64,000 nt of DNA from an uncultured Acidobacteriota bacterium (GCA_963804995.1 CAWDSK010000002.1:288001-352000), one strand, 5' to 3'; shown: positions 51,102 to 60,783, counted from the first letter of the stretch. Numbers and translations are program-made. The notes: generated by a model not told the origin, from the sequence alone.

Positions 51102-52448
51102 GTGAATAGCCGAATCTCGCAATTCTTCCAGATCGAAGCTCACGGCACGACGATTCAGCGCGAGATCCTGGGTGGAGCCACCACCTTCCTCGCCATGTCT
51201 TACATCATCTTCGTGCAGCCGGGCGTGCTGTCGCTCGCGGGCATGAATTTCCAGGCGGTGCTGACCGCCACGTGCCTATCCGCCGCGGCGGCCACGCTGC
51301 TCATGGGCCTGGTGGCAAACTACCCCGTCGCGCTCGCGCCCGGCATGGGCGAAAACTTCTTCTTCGTCTACACGCTCTGCGGAGCCGTGCCCCTGGGCTT
51401 CGGCCTCACCTGGCAGCAGGGGCTGGCCGCCGTGCTTCTGGCGGGAATCTTTTTCATCGCCATCACCCTGACGGGCCTGCGCGCTCAGATCGTGAACTCC
51501 ATTCCCCATTCCTTGAAGTGCAGCATGGCGGCGGGTATCGGGATATTCATCACCCTCATCGGGCTTGAGTACGGCGGCCTGGTGGTGGGATCGCCGGGCA
51601 CGCTGGTGCGCCTGGGCGACCTGCACCAACCCGCCGCCATCGTGACCGTGCTGGGCCTGCTGGTGGTGATCGCGCTGCTGGGATTCCGAGTGCGCGGCGC
51701 CATCCTGATCGGCATCCTTTCGACCACCGTGCTCTCCATGCTTTTCGGCCTGGTCCATTACCAGGGGATCTTTTCGGCGCAACTTCATCTCGCGCCCACG
51801 TTCTGGAAATTCGATCTCCGCGGGCTGCTCGGCGTCTCACCGGCGCGTTTCGGCGCGGCAATATTTGTGCTTTTCTACCTGGCGCTTTTTGATACGGTGG
51901 GTACTCTGGTGGGAGTGGGCCAGCAAGCGGGTCTGGTCCGTGACGGCAAGCTGCCGCGCGTCGATCGCGCCCTCTTCTCGGATGCGGTGGGGACCACGGT
52001 GGGCGCGGCTCTGGGGACTTCCACCGTCACCTGCTACATTGAGTCTGCCGCGGGGGTTTCTGACGGCGCGCGCACGGGCCTGGCAAGCGTCGTCACCGGA
52101 CTACTGCTCGCTGCTTCCCTTTTCTTCAGCCCGCTGGCTGCCATGATTGGGGGCGGGGTCAAGGTGGGGCAGGCGACGCTCTATCCGACGCTTGCGCCCG
52201 CGCTGATTGTGGTGGGCTCGATGATGCTGAAGTCCTTGCGTGAGATTCCCTGGGAAGACCCCACGGAGTACCTGCCGGCGTTTCTCATTATCGTGGGCAT
52301 CCCCTTCACCTTCAGCATCGCGAATGGCATCGCCTTCGGACTCATCGCCTATTCCTTCGCGAAACTCGCCACCGGCCGCTGGCGTGAGTGCCCTACGCTC
52401 ACCTACATCTTCGCCGCCCTCTTCGTGGTCCAGTTCTGGATTCTTTAG
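51102..52448 (+). CDS. NCS2/AzgA-family purine permease
   Basis: GATTFLAMSYI, LAPGMG, FDTVGT, YIESAAG, GARTGL. Confidence 0.93.
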   Translation: MNSRISQFFQIEAHGTTIQREILGGATTFLAMSYIIFVQPGVLSLAGMNFQAVLTATCLSAAAATLLMGLVANYPVALAPGMGENFFFVYTLCGAVPLGFGLTWQQGLAAVLLAGIFFIAITLTGLRAQIVNSIPHSLKCSMAAGIGIFITLIGLEYGGLVVGSPGTLVRLGDLHQPAAIVTVLGLLVVIALLGFRVRGAILIGILSTTVLSMLFGLVHYQGIFSAQLHLAPTFWKFDLRGLLGVSPARFGAAIFVLFYLALFDTVGTLVGVGQQAGLVRDGKLPRVDRALFSDAVGTTVGAALGTSTVTCYIESAAGVSDGARTGLASVVTGLLLAASLFFSPLAAMIGGGVKVGQATLYPTLAPALIVVGSMMLKSLREIPWEDPTEYLPAFLIIVGIPFTFSIANGIAFGLIAYSFAKLATGRWRECPTLTYIFAALFVVQFWIL

Positions 52449-52469
52449 AGGCAGCGCGAAGCCGGAACG

Positions 52470-53516
52470 TTACACCGCCGCCGCGGCGGCATTCATCGTG
52501 GCGCGCGTTCCCTTCCAAATATCGAGATAAGGTTTAAGTTCCTGCATCATGGCTTTGAACTGGGGCAGGCTGAGGGACTGCGCGCCGTCGCTCATGGCCT
52601 TTTCCGGGCAGGGGTGGACTTCCACAATCAAGCCGTCCGCGCCCACCGCCACAGCGGCGCGCGCCAGGGCCGGCACCAGGCTCTGCCGGCCCGCGGCGTG
52701 ACTGGGATCGACGATCACCGGCAGGTGCGTGAGCTCATTCAGCACCGGCACCGCGGAGATATCGCAGGTGTTGCGCGTGGCGGTCTCAAAGGTGCGGATA
52801 CCGCGCTCGCAAAGGATGATGTTGGGATTGCCGTGCGCCGTGATGTACTCCGCCGACATCAACAGCTCCCGGATGGTCGAGCTCATGCCGCGCTTCAGCA
52901 GCACCGGGCGCCGGCATTTACCCAGCGTCTTGAGCAGCGCGAAGTTCTGCATGTTGCGCGCGCCCACCTGCATGATGTCAGCGTACTCGGCGATCAGCGG
53001 AACGTCGGACTCGCTCATCACCTCCGTGACGATGGCGAGACCCGTAGCCGCGCGCGCTTTGGCCAGCAGCCTCAGCCCGGCTTCTTCCATTCCCTGAAAA
53101 TCATAGGGGGAGGTGCGGGGTTTGAACGCGCCTCCGCGCAGAATCTTGCCGCCTACCGAGGCCACGAATTCCGCCGCGGCCATGATTTGCTTCTCACTCT
53201 CCACTGAGCACGGTCCGGCCATGACCACGAACTCGTCACCCCCGATGGAAACTCCGTTAATAGGAATCCGCGTCCGCTCCTGCTTGAACTCCTTGCTCAC
53301 AAACTTATAGGGCGATGAGATTCGCATGGCGCTGGCAACCCCCGGTGCAACTTCGATCGCTTCCAGACACTCGGTCACATCACCCATTCCGATCACGCCA
53401 ATCACCACGCGTTCCTCGCCTTGGATCGAGTGGACCTTGTAACCGAACTCGCGGATGCGTTCGCAAACATGCTCGATCTGTTCCTTGGTGGCATTCGGTT
53501 TCATTGAGATGATCAT
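52470..53516 (-). CDS. aroF: DAHP synthase (type I-beta, with N-terminal regulatory domain)
   Basis: [40 protein letters not shown]; start MIISMK at 53516. Confidence 0.95.
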   Translation of the reverse strand: MIISMKPNATKEQIEHVCERIREFGYKVHSIQGEERVVIGVIGMGDVTECLEAIEVAPGVASAMRISSPYKFVSKEFKQERTRIPINGVSIGGDEFVVMAGPCSVESEKQIMAAAEFVASVGGKILRGGAFKPRTSPYDFQGMEEAGLRLLAKARAATGLAIVTEVMSESDVPLIAEYADIMQVGARNMQNFALLKTLGKCRRPVLLKRGMSSTIRELLMSAEYITAHGNPNIILCERGIRTFETATRNTCDISAVPVLNELTHLPVIVDPSHAAGRQSLVPALARAAVAVGADGLIVEVHPCPEKAMSDGAQSLSLPQFKAMMQELKPYLDIWKGTRATMNAAAAAV

Positions 53517-53532
53517 TGCCTTGTCCCCCCTG

Positions 53533-53566
53533 AAAACACAAAAGCCCACTCCATTTCGAGTGGGCT
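53533..53566 (-). terminator. Intrinsic terminator of the aroF attenuator
   Basis: AGCCCACTC-gaaatg-GAGTGGGCT followed by TTTGTGTTTT, about 17 nt before the aroF start. Confidence 0.85.
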
Positions 53567-53609
53567 GGCCTTTCTAGAATCCCTTTTTTCTTTTCAGACC
53601 AACGCCACC

Positions 53610-53681
53610 CTACTGGATCGGAGCAAAGCTCCAATACCAGTAGCTAAAGTACCTAAACGAATTGGCGTAGGTCCCGTACAT
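53610..53681 (-). CDS. Aromatic-rich leader peptide MYGTYANSFRYFSYWYWSFAPIQ
   Basis: Manual translation; 10 of 23 residues aromatic (5 Tyr, 3 Phe, 2 Trp); lies upstream of antiterminator/terminator and aroF. Confidence 0.85.
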   Translation of the reverse strand: MYGTYANSFRYFSYWYWSFAPIQ

Positions 53682-53690
53682 CAGAGGGGC

Positions 53691-53719
53691 AGTATACCGC
53701 AAGCGGTGAGAGGGCGCAA
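53691..53719 (-). promoter_or_regulatory. Sigma-70 promoter of the leader-aroF transcript
   Basis: TTGCGC-17 nt-TATACT, 9 nt before the leader ATG. Confidence 0.65.
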
Positions 53720-53750
53720 GATTTCTGTGGGTTTAGGAGTGACTCATTTT

Positions 53751-53915
53751 GAGGTGCCACGGGCGTCCGAAGGTGTGAAGAAATAGTATTTTTACCGCGG
53801 AGGCGCTGAGACGCAGAGAAAAGGACCTTTATTTTCATTCCTCTGCGCCTCAGCGTCTCTGCGGTAAGGAGGTTTTAGACGATTTTTTCACACCTTCGGA
53901 CGCCCGTGGCACCTC
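53751..53915. repeat. Composite palindromic element (28-bp outer inverted repeat with an inner cgcagag-type hairpin pair)
   Basis: gaggtgccacgggcgtccgaaggtgtgaa ... ttcacaccttcggacgcccgtggcacctc. Confidence 0.75.
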
Positions 53916-53968
53916 GCATTGGGGGGGGTACGGCCAGTACACCTTGGACGTGTTAAAATAGGCGAACC

Positions 53969-53999
53969 AAAAAAAGAGGGCCTCCACGGAGGAGGCCCT
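53969..53999 (-). terminator. Intrinsic terminator-like hairpin
   Basis: Minus strand AGGGCCTCC-loop-GGAGGCCCT followed by CTTTTTTT. Confidence 0.6.
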
Positions 54000-54673
54000 G
54001 CGAGTCAAGTGTATCGACGGTCCGGGTGTGGTGAGCGGGGGAGGGGAGCCCCTCAGCATTACCCTCTTCCCGCTCACTTACATCCCGGAAACTCCCCGGA
54101 AACCCGTTCGGCGGTCCCACCAATCTGTTCATCGGGTCTCTATAACATCTTGGTCGCTGATGGCCAGCATTTCCGCCTAATTTGTTTCCGTCTTAATCAC
54201 GGCTCCTTCTGATGCTTGAACCACATGCAGAAGCAACCTTGATGTTGGGGGTCTGCACCAGAACCCCAGTTGCGTCCATGATGAATTGGGCAAGGCAGCA
54301 GGTCAAGAGGTTCAGAGGGGAGAGATGAAAATAGTTCGGATGGCTATACAATCCCTAGTAGCTTTTTGCTCTGCGTACCTAGATATTGTATGTCCTTGTG
54401 ATCTACCCTGCCCCTAGTGGTTCGAGCCCCTGGGCCCCGCGCTTCGGCACTCTTTACATCCAGGTCCACTGTTTTTCAAGTCGGCATTATCTCCGACTGT
54501 AGAATCTCCTTCCAGTGGCAGGCGCCTGAACACCCGGAAAGCAAAGTCATCAGAGGGCCGTGCCCGCCCAGGCTCGTCCAAATTACGCCCATAAGGACGG
54601 GTGACGATCTGCGGCTCCGCCGCTTGCTGTGCGGAAAGGCTGCGCCTTTCCGTGGCACGCGTGATCTAACCGA

Positions 54674-54724
54674 CCTCCTCCGCGCCGTCTGGAAGGCTCA
54701 GCCTTCCAGACGGCGCGGAGGAGG
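54674..54724. repeat. Perfect 25-bp inverted repeat
   Basis: cctcctccgcgccgtctggaaggct-c-agccttccagacggcgcggaggagg. Confidence 0.85.
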
Positions 54725-54775
54725 AGAAAGTGTGTCCTCTGGACCGAAAGGGCAGACCGCTTCTTGGATCTACCG

Positions 54776-55180
54776 CCCTCGCCCCCTTGGGGGAGAGGGT
54801 GGACCGCCGCCGGCGTTCTCATCAGCCGGGGCGGGACGGGTGAGGGGGTCTAAGCCGTGAATATCGGAGATAGGATGAAGTTCGTATCTCTCCGCCGCAA
54901 GATTCGGTCACCGGCGCACCGCGTAGTGCAAAGTGATCGAGCGCGCCAGTTGCACGTCGCCCCCACCGAAACCGAGCCAGCGGCAAGGTGCTGGCTGCAA
55001 CGTTCGGGAAGCACCGGAGATGTGGGTGGAGAAAGTGCTGCGCGGCGTAGGGTCGGTGCCGGAGGTCTTGGCTGAAGGGGTGCCGGAGAGCGCCTCGAGC
55101 CTCGACCCCCTCACCCGGCCCGCCCCGGCTGGTGAAAGCGCCGGTTGCGGTCCACCCTCTCCCCCAAGGGGGCGAGGGCA
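54776..55180 (+). pseudogene. Inverted repeat pair (about 73 bp) enclosing an internally deleted DUF559-like nuclease remnant
   Basis: Repeats at 54776-54848 and 55107-55180; between them RARQLHVAPTETE...CWL and EAPEMWVEKVL fragments. Confidence 0.5.
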
Positions 55181-55316
55181 GAGATTCTTGATTGGGCACT
55201 TTGAAAATGTGGAAACTCCAGGGAAGGGCAGAGCCCTTGTCGCCGCGGCGACCGAAGCCCATCAAATGCCAGCGTTGCTCGCTAATTTGGACAGCCTTGC
55301 GTGCCCGCAGCCCCCT

Positions 55317-56849
55317 TCACTGGGTTACGCCGCGTTTTTTGGCGACCCAGTCCTCCCACTGGCCAAATCCCTTCATTTGCTCGTCCAGCTTGGTGTCACG
55401 CAAAAGCTTTTCCACTTCCGCGCGCGTCTGGCGCGGCGCCGGACGGCCGGGGCTCTCCGCCAGTCCCCAGATCAGCACGGCGGCAATGGCGGCGTTGGTT
55501 TTGGCCTCACGGGGATTCACCGCGTCATAGACATCCGATTCGGCGTGGTAATTCGGCAGGTAGGGAGCCCACTCCTGGCGCGCCACCAGGTTGGGAACGC
55601 CGGAGATGAGAAAATCGAAGTTGTCCGTGCCGTCGATAGCCTCCAGGGTGTCGTCGGTCGCGTTCAGGCTGGCCACCGCGGCGAGGGCCTGGTCGACGGG
55701 CGGGCGCAGCTCGGCGCGGCCATTCAGATAGAAACCCAGGGTACGGCCGGAGCCGGTGTCGTAGGTGAGCATGGCCACGTGACTGCCCATCTCAGCGGCG
55801 TGCCGCTGGACGTAGGCTTCAGAGCCAAGCAGGCCTTGTTCTTCTCCGGTGAAGAGCACAAATCGCACGGTGCGGCGCGGCTGCAGGTCCAGGGCTTTGA
55901 AGCTGCGCGCGATGTCGATGACCATGGTGGAGTTGACTCCGTTATCCTCGGCGCCCGTGCCCAGGTCCCAGGAGTCCAGGTGCGCGCCGATCAGGACGAT
56001 CTCCTCAGGCTTCTCGCGGCCGCGGATTTCCGCCACCACGTTGCGCGCTTCAAAGGGGCCGCCCACGCGGCTGGGCAGGTCCAAGCGCAGGCGCACCGGC
56101 CCCAGCTCCGCCAGCCGAGCCAGGCGCGCCGCGTGATCACGCCCTACGATGGCGGAGGGAACCGACACCACTTCGCCGCCCAGCCCCATGGGGTGGCGAT
56201 AGAGCAACAGTTTCTGTTGTGATGATTGCACCAGGAGCGCCGCGACGCCCGACGCCCGCGCCGTCGCCAGCAGGTTGCCGTCGCGCGTGTATTCGGCAAA
56301 CAGATCGGCTTCTGTCTTCATTTCCGGCGAAAGCACCAGGGCGATGGCGCCCCGCGCGCGGTCGCCCAAGCGTGCGAACGCTTCCGAACTCCCATCGCCC
56401 GCGTTCACCAGGGGAGCTTCGAGAGCGTGTCCGCCGGGCGTGGGAGCGGTTGAGGGCGCTGAGGCCACGCGGACGGGGAATTCGACGGGCGCCAAGCACT
56501 GTGCCTGGTCATGCCCTCCCTCCCAGGCGCCGGGAATCGTATAAGTCTCAGTCCACACGGAATCCACCCCGGCGGCGCGGAAACGAGCCACAGCCCAATC
56601 CACCGCGCGCTCACAGGCTTTCGAACCCGTGGGACGGCCGCCGATGCCGTCACAGAGTTCGCGCAGATCGTCGAGCATGGGGGTGGGGCCGAGCTCGCGT
56701 CCCGCCAGGAGTTCAGCCGGGCGCGCTTCTGCAGCCTCACGGCCGGCCGGAACCTGTGGCGGTCGGGCGCCCATCTGCGGCAAGAGCCAAACCAGCCCGC
56801 CGACGAGCGCCAGGGCGAACCAGGTCTTTCGTAGAGCATGCACGTGCAT
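55317..56849 (-). CDS. M28 family metallopeptidase (carboxypeptidase Q-like) with PA domain
   Basis: GAHLDSWDLGTGAEDNG, FTGEEQGLLGS, YHAESD; signal peptide. Confidence 0.92.
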   Translation of the reverse strand: MHVHALRKTWFALALVGGLVWLLPQMGARPPQVPAGREAAEARPAELLAGRELGPTPMLDDLRELCDGIGGRPTGSKACERAVDWAVARFRAAGVDSVWTETYTIPGAWEGGHDQAQCLAPVEFPVRVASAPSTAPTPGGHALEAPLVNAGDGSSEAFARLGDRARGAIALVLSPEMKTEADLFAEYTRDGNLLATARASGVAALLVQSSQQKLLLYRHPMGLGGEVVSVPSAIVGRDHAARLARLAELGPVRLRLDLPSRVGGPFEARNVVAEIRGREKPEEIVLIGAHLDSWDLGTGAEDNGVNSTMVIDIARSFKALDLQPRRTVRFVLFTGEEQGLLGSEAYVQRHAAEMGSHVAMLTYDTGSGRTLGFYLNGRAELRPPVDQALAAVASLNATDDTLEAIDGTDNFDFLISGVPNLVARQEWAPYLPNYHAESDVYDAVNPREAKTNAAIAAVLIWGLAESPGRPAPRQTRAEVEKLLRDTKLDEQMKGFGQWEDWVAKKRGVTQ

Positions 56850-57008
56850 GGCTTATCCCTTCAGATTACATGAATGCCAATCGCCGCCCTGCTCAGCCGC
56901 CTGACAAGCCGCTGAGAAGACCGAATGGCAACGATATGTGAATCCTCAGGGAAGTCAAGAGTGGCATAGTGGGCCTGAAAGTTGCGGAGCGAGGGATCGA
57001 CAGATGCT

Positions 57009-57269
57009 GGGCTGAAGAGACTGCGGAAAAACTCGTGGCGCTGTCATTCTGAGCCCGCATTTTGGGCGAAGAACCCCCGTAGTTCGCTCTGCTCACGGCC
57101 TTCAGAACTGCCGAGGTCCTTCGCTGCGCTCAGGATGACAGTATCGGCGGGTTTTTCGGTAGTGTCTCAGTTTGATGATGTAGCGGCGAGTTTACCTCGC
57201 CATATGGCGGCGTAAAGCCGCCTCCATCAAACTGAGACACTACCGGTTTTTCCGCAGCCCGTAAAGCCC
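57009..57269. mobile_element. Nested miniature elements, including an 87-bp MITE (57158-57244) with 20-bp TIRs and 8-bp TSD
   Basis: ggtttttc|ggtagtgtctcagtttgatg...catcaaactgagacactacc|ggtttttc; outer ends ctgcggaaaaac/gtttttccgcag; inner tgtcattctgagc...gctcaggatgaca. Confidence 0.8.
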
Positions 57270-57397
57270 GGCGCTAAAATGGCCACGCTGAGGATTTGCC
57301 GCTGTGACGGACATCGACGGCCATTTCGGTCTTTCGCGCCGTTTCCAGCCGGTCCGCCACCTGCCCTGAGTACCCCGTCGGTGGTATGATTTAGATC

Positions 57398-57562
57398 ATG
57401 AGCATCTACGCGACACTTTGGAAGTTGAAGTTCCCCTTTGCGGATTTGTACGAACGAATCTGCTCTGCTTTGCGAGGCAATCGGGCGCCAGTGATTGCTG
57501 AAATCATTCTTCCGGATGGGTCAAACCAAATCATTCGCCACCGACCAAAACCCGCGCAATAA
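57398..57562 (+). CDS. Small hypothetical ORF, possibly a deletion remnant (MSIYATLWKLKFP...)
   Basis: 54-aa ORF by manual translation; protein-like composition. Confidence 0.35.
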   Translation: MSIYATLWKLKFPFADLYERICSALRGNRAPVIAEIILPDGSNQIIRHRPKPAQ

Positions 57563-57840
57563 CATTGTAAATCGCCTTGGTTGATCTAAGTGGTGCCGCG
57601 GAGGAGAGCCAGGTACGCCCACCTCCCCGCTCGCTTTTGCGGCCATTGTTCTGTAGAATCCGCGCCACAGGAGAGTTTCACTGGCGCTTATGAAGACCTG
57701 CCCAACTTGCCAGCAGACCTACTCCGATGATGTGGAGTTCTGTCCGCGCGACGGGGCGGAGCACGCTGCTGTAGCGGCGGTCTCCGACCGCCGACGGCGA
57801 TCGGAGATCGCCGCTACAACCGCGCTGAGGATTTACCGCT

Positions 57841-60783
57841 GTGACTGAGATCGACGCCCATCTCGCTGCGAGTCTTTCACGCCGTTTCCGGCTTATCCGG
57901 CAATTGGGCGCGGGCGGCATGGGAGCGGTCTTCCTCGCCGACCAGATCGGTGTGGGCAACCGTCCCGTGGCGCTCAAAGTCCTGAACCGCAAGTTGCTGG
58001 ATGACCCTGAGTTCCTGCTGCGCTTTCAGAGTGAAGCGGCTTCCACGGGGCGCATTCATCACCCGAACGTCGTCACCATTTACGAATCCGGCCAGGCCGA
58101 TGACGGCACGCCCTACATCGCCATGGAGTACCTCGAAGGCGAATCCCTCCGTCAGGCCCTCGCGCGGCGGGGCGCGCTTCCCGTTGCGGAAGTTGCGGAT
58201 ATTCTCCGGCAAGCGGCGCGGGGCCTGAACGCCGCGCACAAGCTGGGCATCATTCATCGCGACCTCAAACCCGATAACATTTTCCTGACATATCCCGACG
58301 ACGACGCTGTAGCGCGGGTGTCCCCACCCGCGAACGCGCCGGTGTCCCCACCGGCGAATGTTCAGGTAAAACTCGTCGATTTCGGCATCGCCAAGCTGCG
58401 CGAATCCGGCCCACACACACAGACCGGCATGGTCCTCGGCACGCCTGCGTATATGTCATTCGAGCAGGCATCCGGCATGAGGAGCGATGAACTCAACGCG
58501 CGCTCTGACATCTATTCGCTTGGCGTGGTGACTTACGAAATGCTCACCGGCCGCACGCCGTTTCATTCCGGCACGCCGGTCGGGTACCTGCGCATGCACA
58601 TGCAGGAAGACCCGCCGCCATTCCGCACCGTCAAACCGGATTTCCCCGCGCTGCCCCAACTAGAAAGTGCGGTGATGAAGGCCCTCACCAAGGACCGCAA
58701 CCAGCGCTACAGTTCGGTGTTGGAATTTGCACAGGAGTTCGCACAGGCAGCCGAAGCCGGTTCTCACATTGCTGCACAGCCCGAGGCGCAACGGCAAGCC
58801 ACCAAGACTCAGCCGCAAACCACCGTCACGCCTGTACCCAAGACAATTGTTCCCGCTGCCGTGGACGGCACGGTTGCCGCCAAAGCCATCCCCGAAGCTG
58901 CTCACCCCTCACGACGAAAATGGCTCGTCACCGGGTCCCTTGTCGTTTTGCTTATTGCCGGAGCCGGGGGCTTCTGGTATCGGGCAAGGTTCGGATGGAG
59001 ACCGGCACGAGGACAAGTTGAGTCTGCTTCCGCTGTGCCCTTTAGCCCGTTCGTAATCGAACATACACTTGCGGGCGACAGCGGCGAGGTTATATCCGTC
59101 GCCTTCAGCCCTGACGGGAAATTGCTTGCCTCGGGTGGCAGGGACAAGACGGTCAAGCTCTGGGACGTGGTCTCTGGGACGCTGAGGAAAACGCTGACCG
59201 AGACCACCTGGGGAGGGGTTGGTCCTGTTGCCTTCAGCCCGGATGGCAAGCTCCTGGCCTCTGGAAGTGACGCCGGACCGATTAAGCTCTGGGACGTGGC
59301 CTCTGGGACGCTGAGGAAAACGCTTAGCGGACACAGCGTTGTCTACTCGGTCGCCTTCAGTCCGGATGGCAAGCTCCTGGCCTCTGGAAGTGACAACGTT
59401 AAGCTCTGGGACGTGGCCTCTGGGACGCTGAGGCAGACGGAGAGCGGACACCACGGCCTTGTCAACTCGGTCGCCTTCAGCCCGGATGGCAAACTCCTGG
59501 CCTCCACAATCATTGAGTTTCCCAGTCAGGATGGGAAATGGCTGGCCTCCAGAAGCGTTGACTTTATGCTCTGGGATGTGGCGTCCGGGACGCTGAGGAA
59601 AACGCTGACTGACTCCCACATGGGGTTTTCCCTCGCCTTCAGCCCTGATGGAAAACTCTTGGCTTCGGGAAGCGGTGACAAAACAACAGTCAAGCTCTGG
59701 GACGTGGCCTCCGTGATGCTGAGGAAAACGCTCGCTGGGCACGAAGACTCTGTCGACTCGGTCGCCTTCAGCCCTGATGGAAAACTCTTGGCTTCGGGAA
59801 GCGGTGACAAAACAGTCAAGCTCTGGGACGTGGCCTCTGGGACGCTGAGGCAGACATTGACCGGACATAACTCATGTGTCAATTCCGTCGCCTTCAGCCC
59901 GAACGGGAAACTGTTGGCCTCCGGGAGCGCCGACAAGACCATCAAACTATGGCGGCGTGAGGAAAATATCACTGGTTCAACCGGACGAGAGACCGGGGTC
60001 GAAGCCACAACCTCGCAAATGGTCCGAACCCCAGGAGAAATACGGGAGAATGCGAAAGATGGTCTCAGGTATGTTTGGATTCCACCCGGGACGTTCATGA
60101 TGGGCTGCTCGCGAGGAGACAACGGATGCATGGACGACGAAAAACCATCACACCGGGTGACCATCACCAATGGTTTTTGGATCGGGCAGACGGAGGTTAC
60201 GGTCCGGGCCTATAAGCGCTTCGCGGCGGCCACGAGGCGGCAAATGCCACGTGAACAGATTCGTGACGAGCCACCGCCCAATCCCGGGTGGGGTGATGAG
60301 GCCATGCCCATTTTCAATGTGACATGGGGTGATGCCCAAGCATATTGCAGTTGGGCGGGCGGGAGGTTGCCGACCGAAGCCGAGTGGGAGTATGCGGCGC
60401 GTGGTGGGAGCACCACAACGCTTTATGGACCGCTGGATGAAATTGCATGGTACCGTGGCAACAGTGGCGGCCAGAGCTTAAACGAAAAAGTTTACGGCAT
60501 GCACGAAGTGGGCCAGAAGCGCGCCAACGGATTCGGGTTGTACGACATGCTGGGTAACGTTTGGGAATGGGTGAACGACTGGTACAGCCCGAACTACTAC
60601 CACACCAGTCCGTCTCAGGACCCTGCAGGACCCGAGAGCGGGACAGAGCGAGTTCTTCGCGGCGAGTCCTGGTTCAACAATGCCAGTGACATTGGCGTAT
60701 CTGGCCGCAGCAGGGATGAGCCAAGCGGAAGGGAAAGCGGCTACGCAGGATTTCGTTGTGTCGGAAGAGTGTTTGCTCCCTAA
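57841..60783 (+). CDS. Ser/Thr protein kinase - TM - WD40 propeller - FGE/SUMF1-like domain fusion
   Basis: LGAGGMG, VALK, HRDLKPDN, DFG, GTPAYMS; seven AFSPDGKLLAS repeats; RLPTEAEWEYAARGG, DMLGNVWEW, GFRC. Confidence 0.93.
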   Translation: MTEIDAHLAASLSRRFRLIRQLGAGGMGAVFLADQIGVGNRPVALKVLNRKLLDDPEFLLRFQSEAASTGRIHHPNVVTIYESGQADDGTPYIAMEYLEGESLRQALARRGALPVAEVADILRQAARGLNAAHKLGIIHRDLKPDNIFLTYPDDDAVARVSPPANAPVSPPANVQVKLVDFGIAKLRESGPHTQTGMVLGTPAYMSFEQASGMRSDELNARSDIYSLGVVTYEMLTGRTPFHSGTPVGYLRMHMQEDPPPFRTVKPDFPALPQLESAVMKALTKDRNQRYSSVLEFAQEFAQAAEAGSHIAAQPEAQRQATKTQPQTTVTPVPKTIVPAAVDGTVAAKAIPEAAHPSRRKWLVTGSLVVLLIAGAGGFWYRARFGWRPARGQVESASAVPFSPFVIEHTLAGDSGEVISVAFSPDGKLLASGGRDKTVKLWDVVSGTLRKTLTETTWGGVGPVAFSPDGKLLASGSDAGPIKLWDVASGTLRKTLSGHSVVYSVAFSPDGKLLASGSDNVKLWDVASGTLRQTESGHHGLVNSVAFSPDGKLLASTIIEFPSQDGKWLASRSVDFMLWDVASGTLRKTLTDSHMGFSLAFSPDGKLLASGSGDKTTVKLWDVASVMLRKTLAGHEDSVDSVAFSPDGKLLASGSGDKTVKLWDVASGTLRQTLTGHNSCVNSVAFSPNGKLLASGSADKTIKLWRREENITGSTGRETGVEATTSQMVRTPGEIRENAKDGLRYVWIPPGTFMMGCSRGDNGCMDDEKPSHRVTITNGFWIGQTEVTVRAYKRFAAATRRQMPREQIRDEPPPNPGWGDEAMPIFNVTWGDAQAYCSWAGGRLPTEAEWEYAARGGSTTTLYGPLDEIAWYRGNSGGQSLNEKVYGMHEVGQKRANGFGLYDMLGNVWEWVNDWYSPNYYHTSPSQDPAGPESGTERVLRGESWFNNASDIGVSGRSRDEPSGRESGYAGFRCVGRVFAP

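Noticed and set aside
54050..54600. Possible small gene or sRNA upstream of the 53969-53999 terminator
   Set aside because: Only very short ORFs with stops and no recognisable RNA family; unsupported
54933..56222. 429-aa plus-strand ORF
   Set aside because: Antisense to the M28 peptidase and runs through repeats
60600..60783. DGR variable region in the FGE domain, with the RT at 43 kb as its DGR RT
   Set aside because: No template repeat found in the window, and the RT lies in a complete group II intron; a remote TR cannot be excluded
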